From Trichoplax adhaerens (taxonomy: Eukaryota; Animalia; Placozoa): a stretch of DNA of 64,000 bases. This document shows, piece by piece, positions 62,411-64,000 of this stretch (position 1 is its first letter; the number at the start of each line of letters is the position of its first letter). Below the pieces are notes generated by a model. It was not told the DNA's origin. It saw only the letters and a program-made list of their open reading frames with translations, and searched no databases. The stretch lies in the NCBI RefSeq assembly GCF_000150275.1, contig NW_002060952.1, forward strand, positions 1,796,313 to 1,860,312. The letters run 5' to 3'. Made by a program: the position numbers and the translations under genes.

Positions 62411-63520
62411 ATGATAAACACGGTTCGCCGAGATAGCGCCTTTGTTGTAATTGGTGCATTTTACATCATAATTATGGCAGTATCCATACCAGCAAATATT
62501 TTAATTTTATTAGCCATGGGATTAAATAAAAAATTACAGACACCGATCAATATATTAGTTGGTAATCTGTCAGTGGCTGGTTTAGCCATTGCTATTTTGC
62601 GGATGCCTTTTAAAATCTATGAATTATTTAATCCAGATGCAAGTTTTATTTTACCAACATCGTTTGCTATGTGTCGTTTCCAACAGATATTGCCTGCTGC
62701 TAGTGTTTTATGTATATCAATTACGCTAACAACAATTTGTGTTGATCGTTATCTTGCTATTATGTATCCTATGAAACAATATTTAAAAATGACTCTTACG
62801 CGCGTGTATATCTTTTTACCAATCAGCTGGGGAGTTTCATTTGCTTGCTTTGGTCCATATGCAAGTATTATGACGTTGCAGACAATTAATGATCGTGTCT
62901 ACTGTTTTCCAATCTATCCTAAATCACCAGCAGATATTAATATTACTAATAGCGATGGTGATTTTGTACGATTAATCACGGCATCTAATATTGTTTTATG
63001 GGGCTTATTTATTCCAATTGCCTTCTTGATTCCATCGATTATTATGGCAACGTTATATTTCATTATTGTACGGCATTTATGGTACGGTGAGGCTCCTGGT
63101 GATAAAGTTAAAACTGTTATAGTCAAGGAAAGAGCTATAAGACAAAAGCAAAAACAGCGCGTTGTTAAACTCTTAATTATATGCTGCTTAATCTTTATTC
63201 TAACTAATCTTCCATATTACGCGGTATTCATGTTACTCGACTTTGGATTTCTCCAAATCCCCAGATCAGATACAACAATTGTGACCAATTCATTAATTAT
63301 AATCAATTTATCAGCTGTAGCCTATAATCCAATTATTTATGGTTATTTCAATCGTAGCATCAAGAAAGCTGTTGATAATTTGCTACGCCGCATTCAGTGC
63401 AAACCGCCTATTGAGGAGCATAACTTTGTTGATGTCACATGTGTTACAAGAGTGCCAAATGGCCATGATGGCACATCATACTTGAAAAGTGCTGCGTACC
63501 ATATCAAATCTACCAATTAA
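62411..63520 (+). CDS. Rhodopsin-class GPCR, cluster member 5 (369 aa)
   Basis: 7TM pattern; IPAN, CVDRY, YCFPIYP, FLIP, NLPYY, YNPIIYGYFN. Most similar to members 3 and 4 (shared MC.FQQILP.AS..CIS.TLTTICVDR). Confidence 0.95.
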   Translation: MINTVRRDSAFVVIGAFYIIIMAVSIPANILILLAMGLNKKLQTPINILVGNLSVAGLAIAILRMPFKIYELFNPDASFILPTSFAMCRFQQILPAASVLCISITLTTICVDRYLAIMYPMKQYLKMTLTRVYIFLPISWGVSFACFGPYASIMTLQTINDRVYCFPIYPKSPADINITNSDGDFVRLITASNIVLWGLFIPIAFLIPSIIMATLYFIIVRHLWYGEAPGDKVKTVIVKERAIRQKQKQRVVKLLIICCLIFILTNLPYYAVFMLLDFGFLQIPRSDTTIVTNSLIIINLSAVAYNPIIYGYFNRSIKKAVDNLLRRIQCKPPIEEHNFVDVTCVTRVPNGHDGTSYLKSAAYHIKSTN

Positions 63521-64000
63521 TCCAAGAAGGATAAGACCGTTTCTAGCAGCATTTGTTTGCGATTACATTCTTATTGAATTATTATCGTGGAAGAGATCAC
63601 AATCGAATTCTTAATATTTTAACGATGATAGTTATTTGAATTCATTCACTATTTTTTTCCTTTAGTAACGTACAATTTCAATGGCTGCTACACTCTAGAC
63701 TGGATTTCTATGTAAGAGACTATGCATTCCATTCCTCCATCTTGGATAAATATAAGACTGATAGCCAACTGCACTTACAATTTATACTAATCTAAATGAT
63801 GGTAAATCATTGTTGAAAACCACATTTTTATTCGTATTCATGACACTATATCGTGCATCAAAATTTATTAAAGCGATTTTTCTATTAAGTTACCTAGAAC
63901 AAATATCAAGAACAAAATAATCTTGACTAGCTGTTCCAGAGGCATTAGTATTTATCGCAATCGGTATTTTGGGTAATCATCACTATTGAAATTACTTTAT

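Noticed and set aside
32015-63520. Opsin identity for the GPCRs
   Set aside because: Position 7.43 is F/Y/L, not the retinal-binding Lys.

Overview
AT-rich eukaryotic (animal) genomic DNA with short GT-AG introns. Gene content and style suggest a placozoan such as Trichoplax, but this is inference only. Left to right: (1) a 22-exon, ~881-aa receptor guanylyl cyclase (+) whose ectodomain is a short Cys-rich module ending in a CGDGxC..E.C..C..DC motif rather than the usual large ANF-receptor domain; (2) a ~1 kb diverged duplicate of the ALG6 3' end; (3) ALG6 (-, 11 exons, 494 aa) with a U12-type minor intron; (4) a divergent intergenic region with CAGTA/TACTG motifs, a structured GC-richer segment and a higher-order minisatellite; (5) an intronless ~1240-aa protein of ~27 highly similar 42-aa TPR repeats, variable at a few fixed positions and followed by fossil repeats; (6) five co-oriented, intronless-CDS rhodopsin-class GPCR paralogues that all lack D2.50 and W6.48. 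Two inverted-repeat pairs bracket gene blocks: a diverged ~290-bp pair around ALG6+TPR, and a 149-bp pair with 1 mismatch around GPCR3+GPCR4. All exon models were assembled by eye. No prokaryotic features, rRNA, tRNA or CRISPR arrays were found.
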